A stretch of DNA of 64,000 bases from the human T2T-CHM13v2.0 reference genome, Homo sapiens, in assembly GCF_009914755.1 (NCBI RefSeq), contig NC_060941.1, one strand, 5' to 3'. Below the pieces are notes generated by a model that ran no database searches, was not told where the DNA came from, and saw nothing but the letters and a program-made list of their open reading frames with translations. A program made the translations under genes and the position numbers. How positions within the stretch are numbered: position 1 is the first letter of the stretch; the number at the start of each line of letters is the position of its first letter. Of this stretch, positions 1 to 14,760 are shown one piece after another.

Positions 1-259
1 AGCCTTGCACCCTGGGGATGAAGCCTACTTGATCACTGTGAATAAGCTTTTTCATGGGCTGCTGGATTTGGTTTGCCAGTATTTTGTCAAGGATTTTTGC
101 ATCAGTGTTGATCAAGGATATTGGCCTGAAGTTTTCTTTCTTTCTTTCTTTCTTTCTTTCTTTTGTATCAGGATGATGCTAGCCTCATAGAATGAGTTGG
201 GTTGTCCTTCCTCCTTAGTTTTTTGGAATAGTTTTTATAGGCATGGTAGCAACTCTTCT
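1..259 (-). mobile_element. L1 (L1PA-type) ORF2 fragment, inverted segment of a 5'-inverted L1; continues off the window start
   Basis: Matches the reverse complement of L1 ORF2 (agccttgca..gggatgaagcc...ggatttttgcatc...gtatcaggatgatgct..cctcatagaatgagtt), with an internal (TTTC)n expansion at ~133-163. Confidence 0.85.
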
Positions 260-261
260 AC

Positions 262-586
262 CAAATCCCAAACTATAAAAACCCTAGAAGAAAACCTAGG
301 CAATACCATTCAGAACATAGGCATGGGCAAAGATTTCATGATGAAGATGCCAAAAGCAATTGCAACAAAAGCAAAAACTGACATACGGGGTCTAATTAAA
401 CTAAAGAGCTTCTGCACAGCAAAAGAAATTATCAACAGAGTAAACAGACAACCCATAGAATGGGAGAAAATTTTTGCAAACTATGCACCTGACAAAGGTC
501 CAATATCCAGCATCTGTAAGGAACTTAAACAAATTTACAAGACAAAAACAAACAACCCTATTAAAAAGTGAGCAAAGGACATAAAC
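262..586 (+). mobile_element. L1 ORF2 C-terminal fragment, sense segment; 3' end missing
   Basis: ORF 197-571 translates to L1 ORF2p-like [23 protein letters not shown]...[27 protein letters not shown]. Confidence 0.9.
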
Positions 587-1723
587 ATTGACATTTTGCT
601 TTTATTTTATACTCACCAGATGTTACGAATCCCTAATAAGGCTTTTCTTAAAATACTCATGTCTTTAACTTAATTAAGTCATTAAATATATATACATGTA
701 TAATTTAATTTTATGAAGGCTAATATATAGAAATTATTTACTGACTGAGATTAAGATATACACAAATTTTCATTACTTTTTCTTATTAATTATACCTTAT
801 GAACATCTTCTAGTTCAAAATAATAAAGTTTTTCTAATATTATGTAATAAATTATGTCTTTGTATTAACTGTCAAATTATGTCTCCATTTTTGAGCTATA
901 TGAGAGTTTTTTGTAATTATTTTTATTCATAAAATTAAACCCATATATCAACCTAATTAATTATGACAATATTTTGCTACTATGATAATACATATATTTT
1001 TCCTTGACCTAACTGATGGACTTTCAACATGTAAAATGTACAAGAACAGTATGTCAAGGTAACATCATGAATATTTATCTATATGTGATAATGAATATTT
1101 AAATATTAAAATATATATGAATATTGATTGACCAATTTAAACAAATCTTCCTTTCATCTAAAAAATTAGCAATAAATTAGACAAAATATATTTTTAAAAT
1201 ATAGCTTGAAGACATGAGATAATTAGAAAAGTGGTGACAAATTAATATCGAAGAGAGAAACTTAAAGATGTAATTCCTGAATTTTATGGCTACTTTTTCC
1301 CTAGGGTTAACTTTTGGCTCTAGAAGAAATGAGAAGAACGTAAGAAGCTGAACAGTACTTTTGATGGTTTCTCAAGATGTACAAACAAAAATTGGAGCCC
1401 TGGATCCACCAAGCTTGGGTTGGAGGCCTAGTGAACCTCCTACATCTTAGATTTGTATTATAAATGGTTAAATTTTAGAGCAAGGGTGAATCACAAGTGT
1501 GAAGTAAGCCCTCACAGCAACTGAAGGCAAGTTTTGACTTGTCTTAAACACTGAAATTGGATTATGTTGATCCTTGATTGATTATATCCTTAGTCATTTT
1601 TCATAAGCAAATTAAATCTGATCTGGAGGAAATTACTATCATTCTAGGTCTCAAATTATTTTAATAGTCTTTCAAATAAATTTTCTGGTATTCACAATCA
1701 AAAGAACAGACACATGAAGAGTT

Positions 1724-1986
1724 CTGTGAGTAGAATTGTGTTTCCCAAAAGACATGTTGAAGTTCTTGCTCCTGGTAACTGTGAACGTGATCTTATTTGG
1801 AAACAAAGCCTTTGCAGATGTAATGAAGTTAAGATTAGATCATTGCTAGTTTGAGTAGACTGTAATCCAATAAGAATGGTGTCTTCATAAAAAGATAAAA
1901 GACACAGACTTAAACAGGGGAATGCCACATGACAACAGAGGTAGAGATTGAAATTATGTATCTGTAGTTCAACGAATGCCAAGGAA
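1724..1986 (+). mobile_element. MaLR LTR fragment, MLT1B/C-like
   Basis: gtgaacgtgatcttatttggaaa...tttgcagatgtaat...taatccaataagaatggtgtcttcataa...gccacatgacaacagaggtagagattg resembles the MLT1C 5' half. Confidence 0.7.
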
Positions 1987-2779
1987 ACAGGAACATAAAA
2001 CAAATACAGGAGAAATAATACACAATGGAATCAGACCCACAGGACTCATGTTAAAATCATTATTCCTATATGTCTGGTAAAGATGGCATTTGTGAATTTA
2101 CTGTTGAGTCTTCAGCTCTTCTTCAGCATAAACCGATGATAGTTAAAACATGAAAAGAGAACATTTAAAATTAAGATAAATATCTTCATGGACCAAAAAG
2201 TACATGGAAAGAAAGTGGTGACCAGAAGATAAACTATAGTATTGGTCACATCAAAGTCCAAAAATAGCGAAAGGGGGCTGAGGCTGTGAGTATGACTCCT
2301 AGAGAAATTACCAGAAAAGAACAACAAAAATACCTGGCACAAAGTGGGGGTCCTGAGTCAGGCCAACTGCTTAAAGCAGGGGATGGAGTGGGGGTCCCTG
2401 TCAACCACTGCCTGTGGCTGCAGTTTATATAAAGATCTCTGCCAATAAAGGCAGAGGACAAAGAGCCTCTGAATAGATCCTGAAACAAGCTGCTTTCTAC
2501 TTATTTTTCCCCACAGAGTCACATACAAGATTTACATGTAAATAGTAGTGACAGAGGGTCTTGTGATTTTGTGGACATTACCACAAAATCACTAGACCTG
2601 GAAAGTAAGCTGAGAGAGAGAATGAATGAGAGAACCTCAAAATTCATGAAGAATACGGAGATTGCTCTCAAGCCACCAAAATCACTTTTCTTCTTGCATA
2701 CAATGTCAGAAAGCACATCCAAGCTTCTTTGGACGTTAGATAAAACACATGACTATATATTTTTGTGTAGAATGTAAAC

Positions 2780-3686
2780 AGCAATGCAATATGCTGCTTC
2801 CCATTTTGACCTACTAAATAAATCTTATGAATTATCCTCTATACCTCTATACTTTTTTCCTTGACTAGGATGGCTAATACCCAGGACAACTCTGAAAGCC
2901 ATATACTGAAAATATGACAGGCATAATTCAATGATTCCCCACATGATTTTCTGCCCCCTTGTGTTGACCCAGTGATTCAATCAAATGTCAGTATAGGTGC
3001 TGCTGTGAAGAGCTTTTACCAATGTAATTAGGGCACTACATCAGTTGACCTTAAGACAGAAAGATTATCTTTGGTCAGTCTGACCTAATCAGATGAAACC
3101 TTAAAAAGAATTGGGTTCTTAATGGAGATTTGAAGTTTGAGAGGAATTTGACCTGAGAGATATTATCAGTTGCTGGCTTTGAAGAGGGAGGGGGCAAGAA
3201 ATGAAGGTGGCCTCTGTGAGCTGACAAAGACCTGGCTGACAGCCAGCAAATACTGGAATCTCAGTTCCTCAGCATGGAAGAGAATTCTGCCATCCTCCTG
3301 AATGAGCTTGGAAGTAAAATCCCTAGAGCCTCCAGAAAGAAACACAGCCAGGCCAACACCTTGATTCTCTCATTGGAAAACAAAGAGCAGAGAATTTAGT
3401 CACGTTGTATCTCCACTTCGGACCTCCAGATCTCTGAGTTAAAAAATGGGTGTTATTTTAAGCCAGTAAGTGTGTGCTAGTTTGTTATGCAGCAATAGAA
3501 AACAAATACAGAAGATGGCAGGGCCACTGTCACTCTGTGTGTGAATAATCCCTATGGAGGAGAGCCATCCTAACTGAGATGAACACCCTTTCTTGACTAC
3601 TATGCAAGTCTGAAATAAACAAATTGTTAAACTACTGAAATACTGAGTCTATTTTTTTACCAGCCTACTTTACCCTAATGAATACA
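2780..3686 (+). mobile_element. Old MLT1I/J-like LTR, split by the MLT1E insertion at 2913-3510
   Basis: gaaagccatatact|gaagatggcagggccac rejoins across the insert; 3' end ...tgaaataaac...taccctaatgaataca. Confidence 0.55.
2913..3510 (+). mobile_element. MLT1E-family solo LTR
   Basis: Typical body (cagttgaccttaaga..agattatc..ctgacctaatcagatga; tttgttatgcagcaatagaaaacaaataca); 5-bp TSD-like GAAAA (2908-12) / GAAGA (3511-15). Confidence 0.75.
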
Positions 3687-4160
3687 CTGAATGATAGAAA
3701 CGAATTATGCCATTTATTTAACATTTACATATGAGCAAAACAGTAGTATCCATTTTGAACGAACTAATACACATTTGAATACTCACATAAGCATGGGCCA
3801 GAAAGAGATACCTTCACCTCTTTTGAACAGGTCTTAGAGAGAGACACCACTTCCGTGGATGGCATCCTGGGGCCAAATCTAGGGGAGTGTATTTAGATAT
3901 AATCTAATGGGAATGAGAGTTATGTAACAAGTTAGTTTGAAAGGAAGGGTGATATAAGATGGATAAAGTATACAAAAGGGGCTATGGTGTGGTTTTAATT
4001 GTTAGTAATACCTGGAGTAAAAATGGCAAAATGTTAAAATTCATTAAAGCATGGAACTTTTTCATATATTTGAAATAGTTTATAATAAAGCGTGATTATA
4101 AACTACATGATAATTTATCTCTTATCACACATGCACACATGTATGGGAATTTAATTTATG

Positions 4161-4265
4161 ACAAGGGTGGCACTATTAATATCCATATAACAATGAACAC
4201 ATGGCCGCTATTAGCAGTGGGGTATAATTTGTGCCACTGGCATTATTACTCTGAGTAAAATTTTT
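4161..4265 (+). repeat. 105-bp direct repeat, copy 1 (copy 2 at 5722-5826)
   Basis: acaagggtggcactattaatatccat...cattattactctgagtaaaattttt; 3 transitions versus copy 2. Confidence 0.95.
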
Positions 4266-4352
4266 GATGTTAGTTTTTACTTTCTCATTACCCATCATAC
4301 AGTAATGAAGTGGCCCCTAGGAGAGGAAACTTGAATTCTGAAAGTGAGCTTT

Positions 4353-4490
4353 AGCCAGGCACAATCGCACACACCTGTAGTCTCAGTTATTCGGGAGGCG
4401 GAAGCAGGGAGGATCCCTTGAGGCCAGGAGTTTGAGGTTGCAGTGAGCTATGATCAAGCCACTGCACTTCAGCCAGAGTGACAGCAAAAA
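4353..4490 (+). mobile_element. Free Alu monomer (FRAM/FAM or AluJ right arm)
   Basis: cctgtagtctcag...ggaggatcccttgaggccaggagtttgaggttgcagtgagctatgatc..ccactgcac. Confidence 0.8.
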
Positions 4491-4756
4491 TTGGAGGTAA
4501 AACATGTCGAAAAAGGATCTCTTGGCCTTGTTCTGTGCAGGAGACATGCAAGGGAAGAAGAAAAGACACACACACATGACACCTTTAAGGGTAAACTCTG
4601 TTCTGTTCTCCCACACAGAACAGGCTTTCAAGGAGTCCTGAAGTTTCTTCAGGGAAATTCAGGGCAGGAAACTCTAAAGCATACCTTTTCCTAAGCTAGC
4701 AATACATAAGCCAGAAAGCATATGGTTACACTTATATTCTTTATTTATTTTTGTAC

Positions 4757-5058
4757 TTTTTTTCTTTTTTTTTTTTTTTTGAGATGGAGTCTCGCTCTGT
4801 CACCCAGGGTCGAGTGCAGTGGCACCTCCGCCTCCCGGATTCAAGTGATTCTCCTGCCTCAGCCTACCAAGTAGCTGGGGTTAGAGGCACCTGCCACAAG
4901 GCTTGGCTAATTTTTTTTTTTTTTTTTTTTTTGTATTTTTAGTAGAGACAGGGTTTCACCATATTGGTCAGGCTGGTCTTGAACTCCTGACCTCATGATC
5001 CACCCACTTCATCCTCCCAAAGTGCTGGGATTACAGGTGTGAGCCACCGTGCCCGGCC
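4757..5058 (-). mobile_element. Alu (AluS, Sg-like), with a ~20-bp internal deletion
   Basis: polyT-gagatggagtctcgctctgtc...gacctcatgatcc...gagccaccgtgcccggcc. Confidence 0.95.
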
Positions 5059-5114
5059 CTGTCCTTCTAAATCTTTAGTAGGTTTTTAAGTCTTATTTAA
5101 AAGTCTTGTCTCTT

Positions 5115-5427
5115 GGCTGGGCACAGTGGCTCATGCCTGTAATCTCACCACTTTGGAAGGCTAAGGAAGGAGGACTGCTTGAGCCCAGAAGTTCAAGACC
5201 AGCCTAGGCCACATAGGCCCTGTCTCTCCATTTTTTTTTTTTTTTTTAATTAGCTGGGCATGGTGGTTCGTGCATGTAGTCCCAACTATTGGGGAAGCTG
5301 AGGCTGGAGGATTGCTTGAGTCGGGGAGGTCAAGACTTCAGTGATCTGTGATTACACCACTGCACTCCAGCCTGGGCTACAGAGTAAGAATCTGTCTCAA
5401 AATAAGATAAAATAAAATAAAATAAAA
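5115..5427 (+). mobile_element. Alu (AluJ-like) with a T17 central linker
   Basis: ggctgggcacagtggctcatgcctgtaatc...; TSD aaaagtcttgtctc / aaaatcttgtctc; (TAAAA)n tail. Confidence 0.93.
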
Positions 5428-5721
5428 ATCTTGTCTCAACTATGCTAAGTGACATTAAAAAGTTGTTTGCATATTCTTGGTGACAGTGGTCATTAATAAT
5501 ATATTTTTAAGCGAAAATGAAACTGGGGACACAGGAAAAAGCTGCAACTATCAGCTGTTTGACCCCACATGGAGAGTCTCATTCTATGGTCAAGCTAAGA
5601 GAACATAGTTTTACAGTAGTGTTTCTTAAATGCTGTTAAGCTTATTTTCTAGAGATACAATTCTGATGCTGTCCCCACCCTCTAATGATCAGCATCCAAA
5701 CTATTATTACATTAATTGATT

Positions 5722-5826
5722 ACAAGGGTGGCACTATTAATATCCATATAACAATGAATACATGGCCACTATTAGCAGTGGGGTATAATTTGTGCCACTG
5801 GCATTATTACTCTGAGCAAAATTTTT
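5722..5826 (+). repeat. 105-bp direct repeat, copy 2
   Basis: Identical to 4161-4265 except for 3 transitions. Confidence 0.95.
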
Positions 5827-5925
5827 TTTTATTGATACTTGAATTTCATCACAGTCTCTCACCTTTTTTCCCTATCCACACTCCAACAACTATCTTTGAA
5901 GTAGTTTCCATTTTCATCTCATTAC

Positions 5926-6476
5926 TTTTCTTTTTCTTTTAGATTCATGGGGGTACATGTGAAACTCTGTTACAATAATATATTGCACGGTAATGACATA
6001 TAGGTTTCTACTGACCCTGTCACCCAGATAGTGAACTTAGTACCCTACTACAAAGTTTTTCAGCCCTTGCCTTCCTCCACTTTCCCCACTTTTGGAGTCT
6101 CCACTGTCTGTTGTTCCCATCTTTATGTCCCTGTGTACTCAACGTTTAGCTCACCCTTGTAAGTGAGAACACGCAGTGTTTTGTTTTCTGTCTCTGCATT
6201 AATATGCTTAGGATAATGGCCTCCAGCCGCACCCATGTTGATGCAAAGGACATGATTTCATTCTTTTAAGTAGCTGTGTAATATTCAATGGAATGTATCT
6301 ACTATATTTTCTTTATCCATTCTACCACTGATGGGCATCTAGGTTGATTCCATGTCTTTGCTATTGTATTAATAAATAGTGCTGCAATAAACATATCAGT
6401 ACAAGTGTCTTTGTGGTAGAGAATTATTTAACTTTGAGGATATATCCAGTAATGAGATTGCTGGGTTGAATGGTGA
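5926..6476 (-). mobile_element. 5'-truncated L1 3' end (L1PA13-16-like)
   Basis: gggggtacatgtg...tcacccagatagtgaac..agtaccc...gtaagtgagaacacgcag...ggataatggcctccagc; TSD-like tcatctcatta / tcatcacatta. Confidence 0.85.
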
Positions 6477-6676
6477 TTTCTCATCACATTATTTTCTGTT
6501 TTTCAGAGGCACCTTCCTACATACATTACCAGAAAAACAAAGCAAAACAAAACCTACTGCATATAGTTATTCTTCCTTTGTTCTACTTGCTCTCTACATA
6601 AGGAGGGTATTTGAAACTTCAGACACCATTTTGCTGCTATGAGGAAGCAAGTATGAAGATGAAAACTTGGCTAAAG

Positions 6677-6835
6677 CTATGGCTCTCAACTTCTAACATG
6701 CATAAGAAAAACAACTAGGAATCTGGGCTCTGATTCAGTAGGTTAGGGTGAATTTACCCATAAATTTACACTTCCGACACACTTCTGATGATACTGATGC
6801 TGCTTGCCCATGGACCACATATCGAGTAGTGCTAG
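6677..6835. mobile_element. MER5-family hAT-Charlie MITE
   Basis: tctgattcagtagg...gatactgatgctgct..ccatggaccaca..gagtag. Confidence 0.6.
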
Positions 6836-6870
6836 GCTAAGATATGGCAGATAGAAAGAGCCTATGACTC

Positions 6871-7605
6871 TGTCCCAGAAAGATTGGGCTGCTATAACAA
6901 ATTACCATAGATTGGGTTGCTTAAACCAGAAACATTTATTTCTCATGATTCTAAAGACAGACTTCAGAGATCCGGATGCCAGAATAATTAGTTTCTCGGT
7001 GAGGGCCCTCTTCCTAATTATTTCCTCACAGGGCCTTTCCTTGGTGTGTGTACACACACACCTACAGATCTCATGTGTTTCTTCCTCAAACACCTCATAC
7101 TCCTGGACTGAAGTGATCCTCCTCCTCCACCTCCTCCTTCCCCTTCCTTTTTGAGACAGGGTCTCTCGCTCCCATCGCACAGGCTGGAGTGCAGTGGCAT
7201 AATCACGGCTCACTGAAGTCCTGACTTCCTGAGCTCAGGTGATTCTCCAGCCTCAGGCTCCCAAGTAGCTGGGACCAAGAGGCGTGCGCTACCACGCCTG
7301 GCTAATTTTTGTATTTTTTGTGGAAATGGGTTTTCACCATGTTGCCCAGGCTGGTCTTGAACTCCAGGGCTCAAGAGATCTGCTCACCTTGACCTCCCAA
7401 GGTGCTGGGATGGCAGGTGTGAGCCACTGCACCTGGCCTCTTCCTTTTTTGAGGACATCAGTCCCATCATAGGGGCTCCACCCACATGATGTCATCTAAA
7501 CCGAGTTACCTCCCAAAGGCTCCATTTCCAAATACCATCACTGGGATTAGGAATTGGGATTTCAACATATAAGTTTTGGGGGAACATAAACATTTAGTTC
7601 ATCGC
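6871..7605 (-). mobile_element. MST/MLT1A-like MaLR LTR, interrupted by an Alu
   Basis: gggctgctataacaaattaccataga..gg..gcttaaa...cctcccaaaggctccatttccaaataccatcac...ttcaacatataagttttggggg. Confidence 0.75.
7148..7438 (-). mobile_element. Alu (AluJ-like), nested in the MST LTR
   Basis: ttgagacagggtctc...ggctggagtgcagtggcataatcacggctcactg...gagccactgcacctggcc; TSD-like cttcctttt. Confidence 0.92.
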
Positions 7606-7834
7606 TGACAACATTGCAGAGCAGTTGAATTAATGGCAGCAATAGCTGTATTCTGGAATTTTTCTTATGTGAGAAAAATAAACCAATAGTTGTTTAACCC
7701 ACACTTATTGTTTCTTTCAGCCAGTCTTATTCTGACTGTTAAAAATCATCATTATTATCAAAATCTTCAGCATTATTATCATGCTAGTCATTATTACACA
7801 GTGTGCTGGGCAGTATATGCATTCTTTAGATATA

Positions 7835-8602
7835 ATTATTTATGCCTAGGTCAATACCCAGAAGAGTTTTTCCTAGGTTTTCTTCTAGAATTTTTATGGT
7901 TTAAGGTCTTAGATTTAAGTTTTTAATCCATCTCGAGGTAATTTTTGTATATGGTTAGAGATAGGGATTCAGTTTCATTCTTCTACATGTGGCTATCCTG
8001 TTTTCCCAGAGACACTGGGAATGCTTATAAACTGCTGGTGGGAATATAAACTAGTACTACCTCTGTGGAAAATAGCATGGAGATTTCCCAACTAAAAGTA
8101 TATCTACAATTCGATCCAGCAATACCACTAGTGGATATCTACCCAAAGGATATCTATAAAGAAGTCATTATATCAAAAAGACGCCTGCACACCTATGTTT
8201 ATCACAGCACAATTCAAAATTGCAAAGACATGAAATCAACCTAAATGCCCATCTACTGATGAGTAGATAAAGAAAATGTGGTGTGTATATATGTATACAT
8301 ATGCATATGTACACAAACACAGACACACACACATACATCATGGAATACTAAGCCATAAAAAAGAATGAAATCATGTCTTTTGCAGCAACTTGGATAGAAC
8401 TAGAGGCGGTTATCCTAAATGAAGTAACTCAGAGACGGAAAACCAAAAGAGGGGATGTAGGGAGGAGGTGAGGGGTGAAAAAAATCACCTATTGGGTATA
8501 ATACACACTATTTGGGCAAAAGCCCAGACTTCGCTATGCAATTCATGTAACCAAAAACCTCTTGGACCACTATAACTATTCAAATAAAAAATAATTTAAA
8601 AA
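7835..8602 (+). mobile_element. L1PB-like 3' end with a 5' inversion (7835-8009 antisense, ~8015-8602 sense)
   Basis: Antisense ORF2 text (gcctaggtcaat..cagaagagtttttcctaggttttcttctag) abuts sense ORF2 end/3'UTR (gggaatgcttata..ctgctggtggg...catgtaaccaaaaacc...aataaaaaat). Confidence 0.8.
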
Positions 8603-8616
8603 TTATATAATTTTCT

Positions 8617-8965
<349 letters not shown>

Positions 8966-9934
8966 TTAAAAAATATATAATTTTTTATCAACCCTTCCAG
9001 CAATTCTGTGAAATGCATATAGTTTTCTCTATGATAGAAGAAAGTAAGAAACAGTTTAAATGGTTTAGCCCAGGTTATATTTAGAACGCTGCTCTGCAAG
9101 CCAAATTCACTCAAATTCCCTTGTTCTTAACCTGTGTTATAAACCACCTCCTACATGGAACATATATTTAACAAAATTTGGTGGATGATTTACATTCTCT
9201 TGCATCATTCTAATCAGAGACTTTTTGTCTTACCATCTTACATGACTTACTACTTTCTCTAACATTGTTTATTCATTTCCACATAAACACTTAATGCTAT
9301 GAGTAAGTTTCCATACTGAACTCTGAGGTAGGCCATCCCAGTCGTTAAGGAGATCACAAGCTAATAATAAGAGACTCAGACAAAAAAAAAAATCCCTTCT
9401 TATAATACAACTTGTAACTATTACAGTGGTATTACAAGAAAATAAATTCTACAATTTTGGATAGGTATTTATACACAAGTCATTTTCCCTACTAGGGTTT
9501 AGCTTGGTAAGATTAGAGTCTGTGTTTTTCTGATTTTGGCATTTTTAGCAACTGCAGATTATATGAATGAGAAGTTTTCTAAAAATTTGAATTAATTTAT
9601 CCCCCCATAGCAGCATATTTTGCACACATGCATACTCACATACACACATTCGGCTTTATACATAAAGAGGGTATTTCCATTGTTTTTCGATAAACTTTTT
9701 ATTGAAAGGCAAAAATACAGAGATTATTTTGCAGCTTAAAAAGAAGAGAAATTAATAAAATATCAATGAAAGCTTAAGTTATCATGTATTGAGCATGTAA
9801 TATTTGTCACACTACATTCTTTACATGTATATTTAAAATAATTACAACAATCCAGAAATGTAGAATCATGTTATTTTAATGACAAAAATATCTGAAGCTC
9901 AGAATAAATAACCCTTGTAAGTCAAGGGTCAGGC

Positions 9935-10083
9935 TGTTTTGGGAAATAAAATTGTTCTGTTGTCTATGGCTGGTTTCACTCTACAATGGCAGAAATGAGT
10001 GCTTGTGACAAAGCCCATATGGTCCATAAAGCCTAAAATATGTATTATCTGGCTCTTTCTAGAAAAAACATTTCTAAGCCCTG
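9935..10083. mobile_element. MER58 (hAT-Charlie) fragment
   Basis: gtctatggctg..ttcactctacaatggcaga..tgagt..ttgtgaca...aaagcctaaaata..tattatctggc..ttt. Confidence 0.7.
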
Positions 10084-10159
10084 AAGTTGCTTCCGTTTAT
10101 TCAGTAGCAAGTCATAAAGACTAAGTGTAAGCAGTCTGCCTGTCTCTACACACCATTTA

Positions 10160-10400
10160 GATAGGCTTTGGAAACCTCAGACTCTGATTCTCAGTCTCAA
10201 TTTGACTAGGTGCTAGCTGTGAAACCATGGGAAACTTCTCAAACCTCTCTTCCACTTTGCGCCTTCATCTGTAAAATGGAGATAATAGTAGCATACGTCT
10301 GATGGTGTTGTTATAAAAATTAAATATGCTGATTTACATAAAACCCTAGTCACAAGACTTGTTACCTTGTAATTGCTTAGGATGTGTATGAACTTACTAC
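10160..10400 (+). mobile_element. MIR SINE
   Basis: MIR core: gctgtga..atgggaaa..c.aacctctct...cttcatctgtaaaatggagataata. Confidence 0.75.
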
Positions 10401-11633
10401 CTCTGTTGTTGCCACCATTACTTTTACCTTCATGATACTATCATTTTTACTATTACAATGACCACTCTAAAACAAGGCATTCCTATAATCCCATGGTTAT
10501 TTTTATTGCAAGTTACTGTTAAGGCCCTATTTCTTATTTCCTATTTTTGTGCTTTTTATATTTCTTTCCACCATTTTAGAAATGGTTGTGGCATTACCAT
10601 GATATTTTTCTTACTCGTAATGAGGTAGCGATGCTCTTGTTATAGATCAAAACCAAGACTTGTATCAAGGTCTTGGCAGAAAATGTGATTTTTGTATATG
10701 TGTGCCTATGTATGGCAGGGTATCTAGCATAGAACAGGGGCTGAATGATTACAGAATTAATGTTGAAGAATTAGACAATAGGTCACATATGAAAACTAAG
10801 GACAGATACAAAACACTACTTAATTTTCTAGGGCAATAATAGGGAGTAGATATTTTGTCTTTGAGAGAGAAGCGATAAAAACTACTTGAATCTGATATTT
10901 CAAGTCTTAGTAACTATTCCTTTATTCTCTGCCTATTTACATATTGTACTTGTTATCTGTTAGCCAGCAGCCCACTTTTTTTTTGGCATACACTTGGCAC
11001 TCCCTTACATTAAAATAGCTACGGGGATTTTCCATTTAAATTATTTTCCACCCCAGTGTCATTTTGGGGAACTCGAATCTTTCTGTAATGAAGTATTCAA
11101 CTCCAAGTAAGACAGTTGGCCTGCACTGTGCAAAGCAAGCTCACTTATAAGAATCTTGCCGGGACAAAAAGGAGAGTTAGGAAGTCTCTTGTGTTTTCCC
11201 AGTGCTTTTGAAATTAATAGCTGGCACATTTTGAATCACAGCACAAGAGCAACAAAACAGAAGATCTATTTTAATAGACTTGAATCTATACTTAGAAGGA
11301 CACAGTGAGAGCAAGGAGAAAATGAATTTGACCTTTATTTGCTCTAAAAGGATCTTTATGTAGGTAAAGGAAGCTGTGCAACAAAATAACAAAGTTGTTG
11401 CCCATGGTACTGTAAGTACAAACATCTTTCCTTCTCAGGGAAGAGAGATATTTTGCTGGATTTGAAAAACAACAGAAAACAAAGCATTTATTGACAGGCA
11501 GTGAGGTCTGATTGAAAAATGTAAATATTAATTCATCTGAACACTTAACTAATTAGGAAACTAGAGAGAAATTCAGTGGAGTTTTGAAAAAGGTAGCAGG
11601 TCAATGGTGAAGATAACATGGTATAAAGAGTAA

Positions 11634-12017
<384 letters not shown>

Positions 12018-12159
12018 TAAACATGCATTATGTGTTAGATGCTGAGGAATCTGATAAATAGTGCTTATTTTAAAGTTGATTTTAGTTTAGTGAGACGTGC
12101 AAGTAAACATACAATTACATTTGATAAATGCAGTGGTAGAGTTATACCAGGATACTGTG

Positions 12160-12526
12160 TGATATGTTTGGCTGTGTCCCCACCCAAATCTCATCATAAA
12201 CTGTAGTTCCCATGATCCCCACGTGTCATGGGAGGACCCAGTGGTAGGTAATTGAATCATGGGGTCAGTTACTTCCATGCTGTTCTCGTGATAGTGAGTT
12301 GTCAGGAGATCTAAAGGTTTTAAAAGGGGCTTTGCCCCCACTTTGTTCTTCACTTCTCCTTGTTGCCAACATGTGAAGAAGGACATGTTTTCTTCCCCTT
12401 CTGCCATGATTGTAAGTTTCCTGAGGCCTCCCCAGTTATGCTGAACTGTGAGTCAAACCTCTTTCCTTTATAAATTACCCAGTCTAGGGTATGTCTTTAT
12501 TAGCAGCCTGATAATGGATGAACACA
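12160..12526 (+). mobile_element. THE1 (C/D-like) solo LTR
   Basis: tgatatgtttggctgtgtccccacccaaatctcatc...ccatgattgtaagtttcctgaggcctcccc...ttataaattacccagtc. Confidence 0.9.
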
Positions 12527-12609
12527 GTGTTAAGTCACAGTGAAGTGGGATGCAGGATGTGGTTTACAGTGATACATGAGTTGCTGTAAAAGCTTTGCTC
12601 ATTTTGAAA

Positions 12610-14760
<2,151 letters not shown>

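Noticed and set aside
2040-2780. Possible processed pseudogene or exon (purine-rich, short ORFs)
   Set aside because: No recognisable protein similarity, poly(A) or TSD; more likely an old L1M 5'-region remnant.
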